Shown in pieces: positions 1 through 8,156 of a stretch of 32,000 nucleotides of DNA (its first letter is position 1; each line of letters begins with the position of its first letter). The position numbers were made by a program, and so were the translations under genes. The notes below the pieces were generated by a model. That model was not told where the DNA came from and made no database searches. It saw only the letters and a program-made list of their open reading frames with translations. Location: contig NZ_AP028907.1 of the NCBI RefSeq assembly GCF_036323395.1, forward strand, positions 60,001 to 92,000. Direction: 5' to 3'. This DNA comes from Pyrodictium abyssi. Its GTDB lineage: Archaea > Thermoproteota > Thermoprotei_A > Sulfolobales > Pyrodictiaceae.

Positions 1-463
1 GGCGGCAAACCACTCCGTCTACTATGTCGCCGATGAGCGTGTATTTTACGCGGAGCGGTGAGAGGTAGCCGAGCACGATACCGTCTACGTGAACCATGAA
101 CTCGTAGGGTGCTGTAGCCCAGAAGCTACTACGCCCGCCCGGGACCACTAGCTGCTCCTCGAACTCTATGTAGAGGCAGTTGGATACCCGGGAGGGGGCG
201 TTGAGCGAGGGCACCGGGTCCAGCATGACGCTGCTGCCACGGGGCACCCGTGCCCTTATGCAGTTGTAGTCGTCGCACGCCTCGAGCGAGCCCTCCTCGC
301 TGAGACGCGCCCTTATCCTCCCATAGGTCAGCTCGCCGCCAGGCTCTAGTATGAGCCTGGCACCCGGCGGCGCTTCATCCCTCAAGCTGGTGCCCCTTCT
401 AGACCCAGGGCCGCCGGCTATATAGCCGCCTCTGACCACTCTCCGTACGCTAGACAGTACCAT
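1..463 (-). CDS. hypothetical protein; ATG at 461-463, C-terminus cut by the window edge
   Basis: Hand translation of the minus strand from ATG 463 (MVLSSVRRVVRGGYIAGGPGSRRG...YIEFEEQLVVPGGRSSFWATAPYEFMVHVDG...) stays open to position 1. It is absent from the ORF track because it runs off the window. No family recognised. Confidence 0.45.
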   Translation of the reverse strand, partial: MVLSSVRRVVRGGYIAGGPGSRRGTSLRDEAPPGARLILEPGGELTYGRIRARLSEEGSLEACDDYNCIRARVPRGSSVMLDPVPSLNAPSRVSNCLYIEFEEQLVVPGGRSSFWATAPYEFMVHVDGIVLGYLSPLRVKYTLIGDIVDGVVCR

Positions 464-530
464 TGCCTCTATACTCCCTCCGAAACGACGGCGGCGCCCT
501 GTATAGCTGCACGCCTCCCTGCACCACTAG

Positions 531-1166
531 GTGGGCCGCGCCGCTGGAACCAGGCTAATATACGCTAATGACGCTCCAGCAGGGCAGGAGCACAATCCCG
601 AGGGGCCGCGGAAGATGCAGCAGGGGCCACGCAGCACGGCAGCGCCTGCATTCGGGCTACGCGAAGCCGGGCCGCTCGGCGTGATAGGAGCCGCGGGGCT
701 CGCCGTGAGCGCTGCTGGCAACACGTTGTCGGGCAGCGCTATGGGTGCTGCTACCCTTGGCTGGCTCTTCACCAGCCTGGCAAGCGACGCGCTCGCGCAC
801 CGCCTGGGAGAGCGCCGTATACTGTACATGATGGCTGCATCGGGGCTTCTCTGGCTAGCCGGGATGGCGGCTCTACGGGTGGCTGTAAAGAGCCCAGGGC
901 CCAGCGCCTTAGCGGCCGCGCTACTGCTGGTAGCCGTCTCCGGCGTTACACGGTCCCGCGCCATAGCCGCGTCGAGCATACTAGCCGAGCGAGCCTCCAC
1001 CGTAGCCTCGCTAGCATGGCTTGTCTCCGGGCTACTGGGCCCGATGCTGCTGCTAGCCTACCACATAGCTGCGTCAAAGACCCTGCTAGCCGCCACGGCA
1101 CTCGTCCTCTCGGCCGGCCCCCTAGCCGAGGAGCTATTCTGGGCCAAGACGAGCCTTCAACGCTAA
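531..1166 (+). CDS. half-size MFS-like membrane protein (about 6 TM); possibly a remnant of a 12-TM transporter; true start may be internal, e.g. the MQQGPRS Met
   Basis: Ala/Leu/Gly-rich hydrophobic segments resemble the C-terminal half of an MFS permease (LGERRILYMMAASGLLWLAGMAAL...). The first ~45 aa are polar and loop-like. Only 67 nt separate it from the divergent upstream gene. Confidence 0.4.
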   Translation: MGRAAGTRLIYANDAPAGQEHNPEGPRKMQQGPRSTAAPAFGLREAGPLGVIGAAGLAVSAAGNTLSGSAMGAATLGWLFTSLASDALAHRLGERRILYMMAASGLLWLAGMAALRVAVKSPGPSALAAALLLVAVSGVTRSRAIAASSILAERASTVASLAWLVSGLLGPMLLLAYHIAASKTLLAATALVLSAGPLAEELFWAKTSLQR

Positions 1167-1195
1167 CAGCGTCCTCTCCGCCAGCCAGTAGCACC

Positions 1196-1693
1196 CTAGC
1201 TGGGCTCATTGCGGCCCAGAGACGCACGGAATATGTTATCACGCACTTGCTCTAGCAGGGATGCAGCCTGGCCAAGGAATACCTCAAGCTTATCCGAGAG
1301 CCAGCAGGTTTCAGACTGGAGACGCTCTCTAACCGCCCTCAGCCTCTGGAGGGCGGAGTCTATGTAGCCGAGCGCCACTTCACTGTCGCCGGATGCCAGA
1401 GCTTTTCTAGCGCGGGCCACTAGCTCCCTTAGGGATGCTAGCTCCTCTGCAATACCCTCCTCTGCTAGGACTGCCATCCTCCAGGCTGTGGAGATAAGCG
1501 AGTATACTAGCGATAACGCACCCTTCCCACGCGGCATGGGTACCCGCCCGGGGGCGCGGACAATCCAGTTCACCTGCCAGCATGACGTGGTAGTGTAGTA
1601 GCGTAGGGTGCCGCGGCTCCGCCAGGCTGCACATAGGAGCCGAGCCTTAACCCTCCCCCACAGGAGCGTAGGGCCCCGTACAAAACCGTTCAT
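1196..1693 (-). CDS. hypothetical protein; start uncertain (alternative ATG at 1477 gives a 93-aa helical protein)
   Basis: The C-terminal ~95 aa look like genuine helical protein (MAVLAEEGIAEELASLRELVARARKALASGD...). The N-terminal ~70 aa are W/R/C-rich and less protein-like. Confidence 0.35.
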   Translation of the reverse strand: MNGFVRGPTLLWGRVKARLLCAAWRSRGTLRYYTTTSCWQVNWIVRAPGRVPMPRGKGALSLVYSLISTAWRMAVLAEEGIAEELASLRELVARARKALASGDSEVALGYIDSALQRLRAVRERLQSETCWLSDKLEVFLGQAASLLEQVRDNIFRASLGRNEPS

Positions 1694-1723
1694 GAGGCAT
1701 CCTGGGGCAGGCCCTACTCTGGT

Positions 1724-2080
1724 CTAGTCTTCTCCGCCACTCACATGTATGAGCAGAAGCACAAGCAGCAAGAAGGCTAGGGTACGCTGCGAGTGTATCA
1801 TCCGCGCCACCAGCTTAGCTCTACGGCTACGGTAGTACCTCATCACCATCCCGCTGATAGCGAGCAACAGTATTAGCGCCACAGCCCCGTACTCTCCCAG
1901 GCCAGCCCTGTCCATGAACGTGAACCCGTGCCAAAGAGCTGATATAGTCAACACCATGTTGCCGTCCATGTGGAGCTCTAGCGCAAGCCTCTGCAGCCCT
2001 GGCGGGACGCTGACCACGAATCGCGCCCACCGTATAGCTACGAAGCCCAGGTTGAGCAGGAGGCCCAGGTAGAACGCCAC
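1724..2080 (-). CDS. small integral membrane protein (3-4 TM), GTG start; may be the C-terminal part of a disrupted larger gene extending to 2605
   Basis: Hydrophobic segments AFYLGLLLNLGFVAI, AVALILLLAISGMVM and LAFLLLVLLLIHV. The same frame stays open 76 codons upstream with acidic, coding-like sequence but no ATG/GTG/TTG. Confidence 0.45.
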   Translation of the reverse strand: MAFYLGLLLNLGFVAIRWARFVVSVPPGLQRLALELHMDGNMVLTISALWHGFTFMDRAGLGEYGAVALILLLAISGMVMRYYRSRRAKLVARMIHSQRTLAFLLLVLLLIHVSGGED

Positions 2081-2721
2081 CTTGCCGAGAGCTTCCGCAA
2101 GGTCATTCTCCTCCTCGTCTTCCTCTCCCCCATTTAGCTCGTCTTCATCCTCGCCGTCATCACCATATCCTACACCAGTTTTGCAGCCGGAGCCCCATTC
2201 CTCGTAATCACCGTTGAGGTCGTCCCCTCTGCTATAGCTGCTACCCTCGGGTAGAGACTTGCTAATCGTACCCGTGTCTTCCGCGTATGTCTTGTCTTCA
2301 TAAATCTCCTAAAGGAGCCGGGAGGGCTAGCCGACCCCGCCGAATACGCAGGTGCACTAGTACCATCAACAACAGTTGCGGTAGACAACGCTACGGCTTC
2401 ACCGTCGTACTCCTCGTACGTCTCGTCCTCCTCTTCTTCCCCCGTTTGCTAGAGCCGGCGTCATAGCGGAGATCATGAAGACCATAAGGAGCATAATCAT
2501 TATTGCTACGGTGTATTTGCCTACACTGCTTGTCAGCAGTTTTTCCGACACCACTGTGTCCACCACGGGTATCGTTCCTTGCAGTTGGCCCCATCCTGCT
2601 CCCATGAGCCTTAGCGTTTTCGGTCCCTACAACATTGCATGTGTATAGCGTATGACGCATTCTATCACCATACACTGCTTTCAGCCATATTCTTACACGT
2701 CTAGTATAGCGTTGATTACAT

Positions 2722-2758
2722 CTTATAATCTGGTTATATGAATACTTATAACCTGGTT
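2722..2758 (+). promoter_or_regulatory. thi4-thiC promoter region: two 14-bp direct repeats, each containing a TTATAA box
   Basis: CTTATAATCTGGTT (2722-2735) and CTTATAACCTGGTT (2745-2758) match at 13 of 14 positions with a 23-bp period. The proximal TTATAA (2746-2751) lies ~27-32 nt upstream of the GTG at 2778, as expected for a near-leaderless archaeal promoter. Confidence 0.5.
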
Positions 2759-2777
2759 CTCAAGCGCTAGTCTTACG

Positions 2778-3644
2778 GTGTCCCGCAGCTTGGCCAGGGC
2801 AAGCTTCTATCCCCGTGAGCTAGAGAGGCTGTACAGCGAGGCCGAGCTAGCCAGGATAGCGCTCCGGGTTGCGCTCGAGAAGCTCAGCTACGCAGTCGAG
2901 GCGGACGTAGCGATAGCTGGTGCTGGCCCGGCCGGGCTTACGCTCGCCTGGCTCCTTGCTGAGCAGGGGCTACGCGTGACCCTGGTAGAGCACAGGCTGA
3001 GCACCGGGGGCGGGATGAGGGGTGGCTCGATGCTCTTCCCGGTAGCGCTTGTCGAGGAGGGCCTCGCAGCCGTCGTGCTGGAGAAGGCTGGGGTACGTCT
3101 ACGCCGTGTAGGCGAGGGCCTCTACGCCATGGACCCCACCGAGGCTGCGGCTAAGCTTACTGCCCGCGCGGTAGACGCTGGCGCCATAGTGCTCCCCGGG
3201 CTCCACGTAGAGGACCTCATAGTCCGCGGCAGCGGCAGCAGCGTGCGCGTCGCCGGCCTAGTGGTGAACTGGGCACCAGTGGTCGAGGCTGGGTGGCACG
3301 TGGACCCGCTGTACATCGAGGCGCGTGCTGTCGTGGACGCTACCGGGCATGACGCGCAGCTGGCCCGTCTGCTGGAGAAGCGGCTCCCCGGCAGCCTAAG
3401 GGTCCCCGGCATGTCGAACCTCGACGTGTGGACCGGGGAGCGCCAGATCGTGGAGTACACGGGCGAGGTGTTCCCAGGGCTCTACGCGGCCGGTATGTCG
3501 GTGGCTGAGGTCTACAATCTGCGCCGTATGGGTCCGGTGTTCGGCGGGATGATAGCCTCTGCCGCGAAGCTGGCAGAGATCCTCGCCGAGAGGCTCGCTG
3601 GCAAGAAGATAGGGATAGCCGCAGAGGTGGCTGGCAGTGGCTAG
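2778..3644 (+). CDS. thi4: thiamine thiazole synthase Thi4 (ribose-1,5-bisphosphate isomerase-like family)
   Basis: Dinucleotide-binding motif DVAIAGAGPAGL. Thi4 hallmarks GGG(M)xxGG, VVNWAPV, WHVDP, VVDATGHDA and RMGPVFGGM. Overlaps and is co-oriented with thiC. Confidence 0.92.
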   Translation: MSRSLARASFYPRELERLYSEAELARIALRVALEKLSYAVEADVAIAGAGPAGLTLAWLLAEQGLRVTLVEHRLSTGGGMRGGSMLFPVALVEEGLAAVVLEKAGVRLRRVGEGLYAMDPTEAAAKLTARAVDAGAIVLPGLHVEDLIVRGSGSSVRVAGLVVNWAPVVEAGWHVDPLYIEARAVVDATGHDAQLARLLEKRLPGSLRVPGMSNLDVWTGERQIVEYTGEVFPGLYAAGMSVAEVYNLRRMGPVFGGMIASAAKLAEILAERLAGKKIGIAAEVAGSG

Positions 3645-5013
3645 GACGATAATGCAGGCTGCCCGGAGCGGCAGCACGCCAGAGGAGCTGGAGGCGCTGT
3701 CCAAGTCCGAGGGCCTGCCCGTTGAGAAGCTGCGTGCAAGACTAGCGGAGGGCAGGATAGCGGTCCTCCGGAACGTCCGTCGGCTCGGCAGGGTCCGGAT
3801 AGTCGGCGTCGGGGAGGGGCTCTTCACCAAGGTTAACGTGAACATCGGCACCAGCGGCACGGTTATCGACGTGGAGATGGAGGCTGAGAAGGCCCGTATA
3901 GCGGTGCGCTACGGCAGCGACACTGTCATGGACCTCAGCATGGGCGGGCCCCTGGACGAGATACGGCGCCGCCTCATGCGGGAGTCTGAGCCGCTCCCCC
4001 TAGGCACGGTGCCGACCTACCAGGCCTGGGTCGAGGGCATCCAGCGCTACGGCGGCCTCACGATGCCCAGCGACTGGTTTATAGAGGTCGTGGAGAGGCA
4101 GCTCCGGGACGGCGTAGACTACATGACTATACACGCCGCGTTGTCCCGGGAGCTGGCCGAGAAGGCTCTGAGGAGTAGCAGGGTTATACCGATAAACAGC
4201 CGTGGCGGCGCCCTCCTCGCGGCCTGGATGCTCGAGAACCGGGAGGAGAACCCCTACCGCCAGCACTGGAGCTACCTCCTAGAGCTCTTCGCCGAGTACG
4301 ACGCCGTGATAAGCGTGGGCGACAGCCTCCGGCCTGGCACCCTGGCAGACCAGCACGACGAGCTACAAGTCGCAGAGCTGATAGAGGCCGCGCGGCTCGT
4401 GGAGAGCGCCCGCAGGGCAGGAGTGCAGGCTATAGTCGAAGGCCCCGGCCACATGACCCTCGACCAGATACCCGTCAACGTCAGGCTGATGAAGACTCTG
4501 ACACGGGGCGCCCCATACTACGTGCTAGGCCCCCTGCCGACGGACACAGCGATGGGCTACGACCACATAGCCCTAGCGATAGGCGGAGCCCTCGCCGCGG
4601 CCAGCGGCGCCGACTTCCTATGCTACGTGACGCCCGCTGAGCACCTCAGCCTGCCGACCCCCGAGCAGGTGAAGGAGGGCCTCATAGCGGCGCGGATAGC
4701 GGCCCACGTGGCTGATATAGCCAAGTATGGGGCCCGGGCGGCCCGCCGGGACGCCGAGCTAAGCCTCCTACGGGCCCGGCTCGAGTGGGACCGTATGTGG
4801 AGCTACGCGCCCGACCCGGAGCACGCCAAGAGGATATACAGCCAGTTCCCGGCAGCCACCAAGGCCTGCAACATGTGCGGCCAGTACTGCGCCTGCATGA
4901 TAATAGACCGGCTCAGCAGGGGCCGGCCCAAGCCGACGCTCCAGCAGCTACTAGAGCGGCTAGGAGACGGCGACGGCGCAGCGAAGCTGGTGGAGCAGCT
5001 CACAGCGCCCTAG
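3637..5013 (+). CDS. thiC: phosphomethylpyrimidine synthase ThiC (radical SAM)
   Basis: ThiC motifs VNVNIGTSG, DTVMDLSMGG, VPTYQA, DYMTIHA, SRGGA, SVGDSLRPG, EGPGH, LGPLPTDTAMGYDHI and YVTPAEHL, plus the C-terminal CxxCxxxxC cluster CNMCGQYCAC. The GTG start overlaps the thi4 stop by 8 nt. Confidence 0.95.
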   Translation: MARTIMQAARSGSTPEELEALSKSEGLPVEKLRARLAEGRIAVLRNVRRLGRVRIVGVGEGLFTKVNVNIGTSGTVIDVEMEAEKARIAVRYGSDTVMDLSMGGPLDEIRRRLMRESEPLPLGTVPTYQAWVEGIQRYGGLTMPSDWFIEVVERQLRDGVDYMTIHAALSRELAEKALRSSRVIPINSRGGALLAAWMLENREENPYRQHWSYLLELFAEYDAVISVGDSLRPGTLADQHDELQVAELIEAARLVESARRAGVQAIVEGPGHMTLDQIPVNVRLMKTLTRGAPYYVLGPLPTDTAMGYDHIALAIGGALAAASGADFLCYVTPAEHLSLPTPEQVKEGLIAARIAAHVADIAKYGARAARRDAELSLLRARLEWDRMWSYAPDPEHAKRIYSQFPAATKACNMCGQYCACMIIDRLSRGRPKPTLQQLLERLGDGDGAAKLVEQLTAP

Positions 5014-5151
5014 GCCTCAGCTGTGCCGGCTACCATGCCCATCTGCTTTCACGTCTCCTAGTCTCCAGGGCTGGTAAGAGTCCTCCGGGAAGCCCAGGGG
5101 TCCTGCCGGCTCCCAGGGCCTTGCTAGCTCTTATAGCAGGCGGCGCCCGGG

Positions 5152-6246
5152 GTGCTGTGGCCCCTGGGCAAGGGGGCTGTGGCGACGCGGCTCTACTACG
5201 CGCTGCTTAGTGGGTTCCACGCCTCGCTTCCTGCCGCCGAGCTCCGCGGCATCCTGGAGGCGCTGGGCTACCAGTACCGGTTCGTGGAGGAGCTTGACCA
5301 GCTCGTGCTATTCAAGTGCAGCTGCGGGAGCGTGAAGCGCGTCGCGTGGAGGGCTGGCCTCGTCCACGAGTCGGGCAGGGTGCTGGCTGTCGCGGAGGCG
5401 CGGCTAGGCGACGTGCTCGAGGCGCTAGAGTACGTGGACTGGTGCAGCGTCGCCGGCCCCGGCGACCGGGTGCGTGTCGAGCTGCACCGCGTCCGCGGCT
5501 ACGCCCGCTCCACTGTGCCCGACGACGCGGCGCGGCAGGTAGCCCGGCGGCTCGGCTCTCTCCTCCGCCCCTGCGGCGCCTCCGCCGCGGCCCGCGAGCC
5601 CACCAAGACCGTTAGGGTCCTTGTCTCGGAGGGTGTGGCCGTCATAGGGCTCCGGGAGAGCGTGCAGCCCAAGAAGCTGCTCGACCAGCACCGGCCGCAG
5701 CGCCGTCCCTTCTTCCACCCGGGCAGCCTAGACCCCCGGCTCGCCCGGCTCTTCGTCAACCTCTCTCGCGCCGCTGCGCCCGGGCCGTACCTGGACCCGT
5801 TCTGCGGCACCGGGGGCTTCGCCCTAGAGGCCCAGACCCTCGGCATCCAAACGCTCTGCGGGGAGCTGGCCGGGCGCCTCGTCAACGGCGCCTGGAGGAA
5901 CCTCTGCGCCTACCCCATGGAGGCCCTCACCACGACAGTCCACTGGGATGCTACCCGGCTCCCCCTGAGGGACAGGAGCGTACAGAGCATTGGGACTGAC
6001 CCGCCCTATGGCCGGAGCGTGTCGCTGCGCGGCAAGCCCCTCGAGGAGCTGCTTGAGGGCTTCTTGGCCGAGGCAGCCCGGGTCATGAGGCCAGGCGCCT
6101 TCCTCGCCTACGCTGCGCCGCACTGGGCTGAGGAGAGGGCCGTGGAGTACACGGAGAGGGCTGGGCTCCGGCTCGTCGAGAAACACTACATGAGGGTCCA
6201 CGGCAGCCTGACGAGGGTAATAGTGGTCGCCAGAGCCCCGGGATGA
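5152..6246 (+). CDS. trm11: tRNA (guanine-N2)-methyltransferase, archaeal Trm11/Trm-G10-like (THUMP-type N-terminus plus class I SAM methyltransferase)
   Basis: SAM motif I LDPFCGTGGFALEA and motif IV GTDPPYGRS. The N-terminus YYALLSGFHASLPAAELRGILEAL is typical of aTrm11. An in-frame alternative GTG at 5179 gives MATRLYYALLSG. Confidence 0.75.
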   Translation: MLWPLGKGAVATRLYYALLSGFHASLPAAELRGILEALGYQYRFVEELDQLVLFKCSCGSVKRVAWRAGLVHESGRVLAVAEARLGDVLEALEYVDWCSVAGPGDRVRVELHRVRGYARSTVPDDAARQVARRLGSLLRPCGASAAAREPTKTVRVLVSEGVAVIGLRESVQPKKLLDQHRPQRRPFFHPGSLDPRLARLFVNLSRAAAPGPYLDPFCGTGGFALEAQTLGIQTLCGELAGRLVNGAWRNLCAYPMEALTTTVHWDATRLPLRDRSVQSIGTDPPYGRSVSLRGKPLEELLEGFLAEAARVMRPGAFLAYAAPHWAEERAVEYTERAGLRLVEKHYMRVHGSLTRVIVVARAPG

Positions 6247-6321
6247 GGAGCCACCCTGCTCTGCTACGGCTCCTCCGCTGCGCCGCCTTCTGCCCCGGGG
6301 GGTCTGGGGGGCGGCTGGCCT

Positions 6322-7227
6322 CTAGGCGATGCTCACCAGGGCTAGCGCCTCGAGGAGGCCTATTGGCGTCGAGATCGCCATACTAGATGCTACTAGGCGC
6401 TCGTCGAGCCCGTAGTAGCGGGCGAACACTATGTTCATAGTCGCGGGCGGCATCACGGACTCTAGTAGCACTGATTCGAGGCCCCAGCCTTCTAGCCCCA
6501 GGGGCACTGCTAGGAGGACGTGGATCAGCGGGCTCAGGAGGTGCCTCCAGGCCAGTACCGCTGCCTCGCCGGAGCCGAGGCGAGGCGGCCACGCTGCCGC
6601 TACGCCTGCGCCCACCAGGTAGAAGCTGAGGAGCGTAGACTCTGCTGCTATCCTCCTAGCGAGTTCTACGACCGGCGGCACGGCGTGGCCAGCGAGCAGC
6701 GGTGCTGCCGCTATGCCTGCTAGGAGCCCGTAGAAGGGCGGGTACCTGGCTATGATTCTCCCCACGCCCACGCTGCCGCCGCAGCTGCCTGCTACGAACG
6801 GCACTGCTACCGCGACCGCTAGGTTGTAGGAGAGGCTATACGCCATCACGTGGTCCACGTCCCTGCCCATGAGGAGGGCTAGCGGCACCGGGATGAATAT
6901 GGAGTTCTGCACAACACTAGCCAGGACCACAGCGGCGGCTCTGCCGCAGCTCCAGCCGAGCCTGGCAGCAGCGCGCCTCGATGCAGCATATGCGAGAACG
7001 AAGCCGGCCACCATGTACGCTATGCCTACAGCTGCTACCCCGGCTAGCTGCGAGTAACGGGGCATGCTCACGGCCACTGTGTACCAGGTGAGCACCGGGA
7101 TTGAGAACGCTATGAGGAACCTCGAGACCGCAGAGGCGAGGGGCGCCTGGCCCCAGCGCCGGGTAGCGAGAGCCCCCAGAGCTGTGAGGACCACTGCTGC
7201 CACCAGCCTAGCCAGCGCCGTCGACAA
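6322..7227 (-). CDS. AEC-family (auxin efflux carrier / malate permease-like) membrane transporter
   Basis: Polytopic membrane protein (~10 TM). The C-terminal signature MPPATMNIVFARYYGLDERLVASSMAISTPIGLL is typical of the AEC family. TTG start. Confidence 0.75.
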   Translation of the reverse strand: MSTALARLVAAVVLTALGALATRRWGQAPLASAVSRFLIAFSIPVLTWYTVAVSMPRYSQLAGVAAVGIAYMVAGFVLAYAASRRAAARLGWSCGRAAAVVLASVVQNSIFIPVPLALLMGRDVDHVMAYSLSYNLAVAVAVPFVAGSCGGSVGVGRIIARYPPFYGLLAGIAAAPLLAGHAVPPVVELARRIAAESTLLSFYLVGAGVAAAWPPRLGSGEAAVLAWRHLLSPLIHVLLAVPLGLEGWGLESVLLESVMPPATMNIVFARYYGLDERLVASSMAISTPIGLLEALALVSIA

Positions 7228-7448
7228 GACGCTGCAGCCCCCGGGCTGGAGGCCCGCCTTACAGCCGGTGCCGCGTCAACGCCGGGAGCCGTGGTGCGCG
7301 CCTACAAGCTGTTTATAGCATTCCCACCGTGCCCCCACTTTCTCCCGGAGGCAGGCGCACTCAGCTGTAACCATTGCTGGCGCTGAACAGCCCTGAGGAC
7401 CGCTGGCACAAAGGCCGCTATCGGCAGGATTATGCTGTAAAGTGTAGG

Positions 7449-7919
7449 CTATGCTATAAGAGCCTTGAGCCGGGCTAGGGCCTCTTGGTGCCGGGGACTC
7501 CAGGCCTTCCTCTCCTCTAGGATGGGCTTCAGCCTCCTCTCTAGAAGGTCGACTATCGCCTTTGCTAGCAGTATAATGTCCTTTGCTGCCTCCTCTCTCC
7601 GAGTGTACTTGCTCAGCTCCGCCTCGGGGTCTGGGCCATGGTACTGGTAGTCGTGGAGGCTTAGCGCCGTGCTGGTAGCCTGGCTGAAGCCAGTGTACCC
7701 CACATCCTCTAGCAGCTGGCCGGGCGCCTTCAGCCTAGTGCTAGGCACCCTGGGGATACCCTTCTCCATTAGCCGTTTCCTCTCCTTCTCGCCCAGCTTC
7801 TCCAGTATCCTGTCCCGCTCGAGGGCCGGCAGCGCCCCGGTTAGCGCCCGCCACGCCTGGAACGCCTTACCCGCAGCACTCCTCGTAAAGCCCCGGCCGA
7901 GGAACCTCAGCGCCAGCAT
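7449..7919 (-). CDS. PaREP1-family protein (copy 1); family homology continues in frame upstream to 8009 without a canonical start codon
   Basis: PaREP1 hallmarks as I recall them: AAGKAFQAWRAL, RVPSTRLKA and LHDYQYHGPDP. Clear paralog of the 21407-21980 locus. Confidence 0.7.
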   Translation of the reverse strand: MLALRFLGRGFTRSAAGKAFQAWRALTGALPALERDRILEKLGEKERKRLMEKGIPRVPSTRLKAPGQLLEDVGYTGFSQATSTALSLHDYQYHGPDPEAELSKYTRREEAAKDIILLAKAIVDLLERRLKPILEERKAWSPRHQEALARLKALIA

Positions 7920-8156
7920 CGATTCCAGTAGGGCTTCTAACGCGCGAGCCGAGGCATAGTCTTCAAGGCTCCTCCTGGGCTTGGGTACCGGCTGTTCTAG
8001 AAGATTCCGCTATGCTCGTCAACCCGTGTAGCCCCTAGCGAGACAGTAGAGGGCCCATGCTATAGGGTCAGCAGCAGAGCAGCCAAGCCCTAGGAGACGC
8101 GATAGGGGAAGAGAAATAGACTCCATGGGGCACGAGGCCCACCGGGCAGAGGGGCC

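Noticed and set aside
527-1000. 157-aa minus-strand ORF antisense to the MFS-like ORF
   Set aside because: Arg/Ala/Ser/Pro-rich with no hydrophobic core or motif. The plus-strand frame gives coherent TM segments, so this is probably a shadow ORF.
2606-2777. Possible TPP riboswitch upstream of thi4
   Set aside because: The TATA-like box is only ~30 nt from the start codon, leaving no room for a ~100-nt aptamer. The sequence upstream is AT-rich and unstructured-looking.
5316-5885. Overlapping ORFs inside the trm11-like gene (5316-5615 +, 5425-5718 -, 5499-5885 -)
   Set aside because: They are Arg/Ala/Pro/Gly-rich shadow frames of a gene with clear SAM-methyltransferase motifs.
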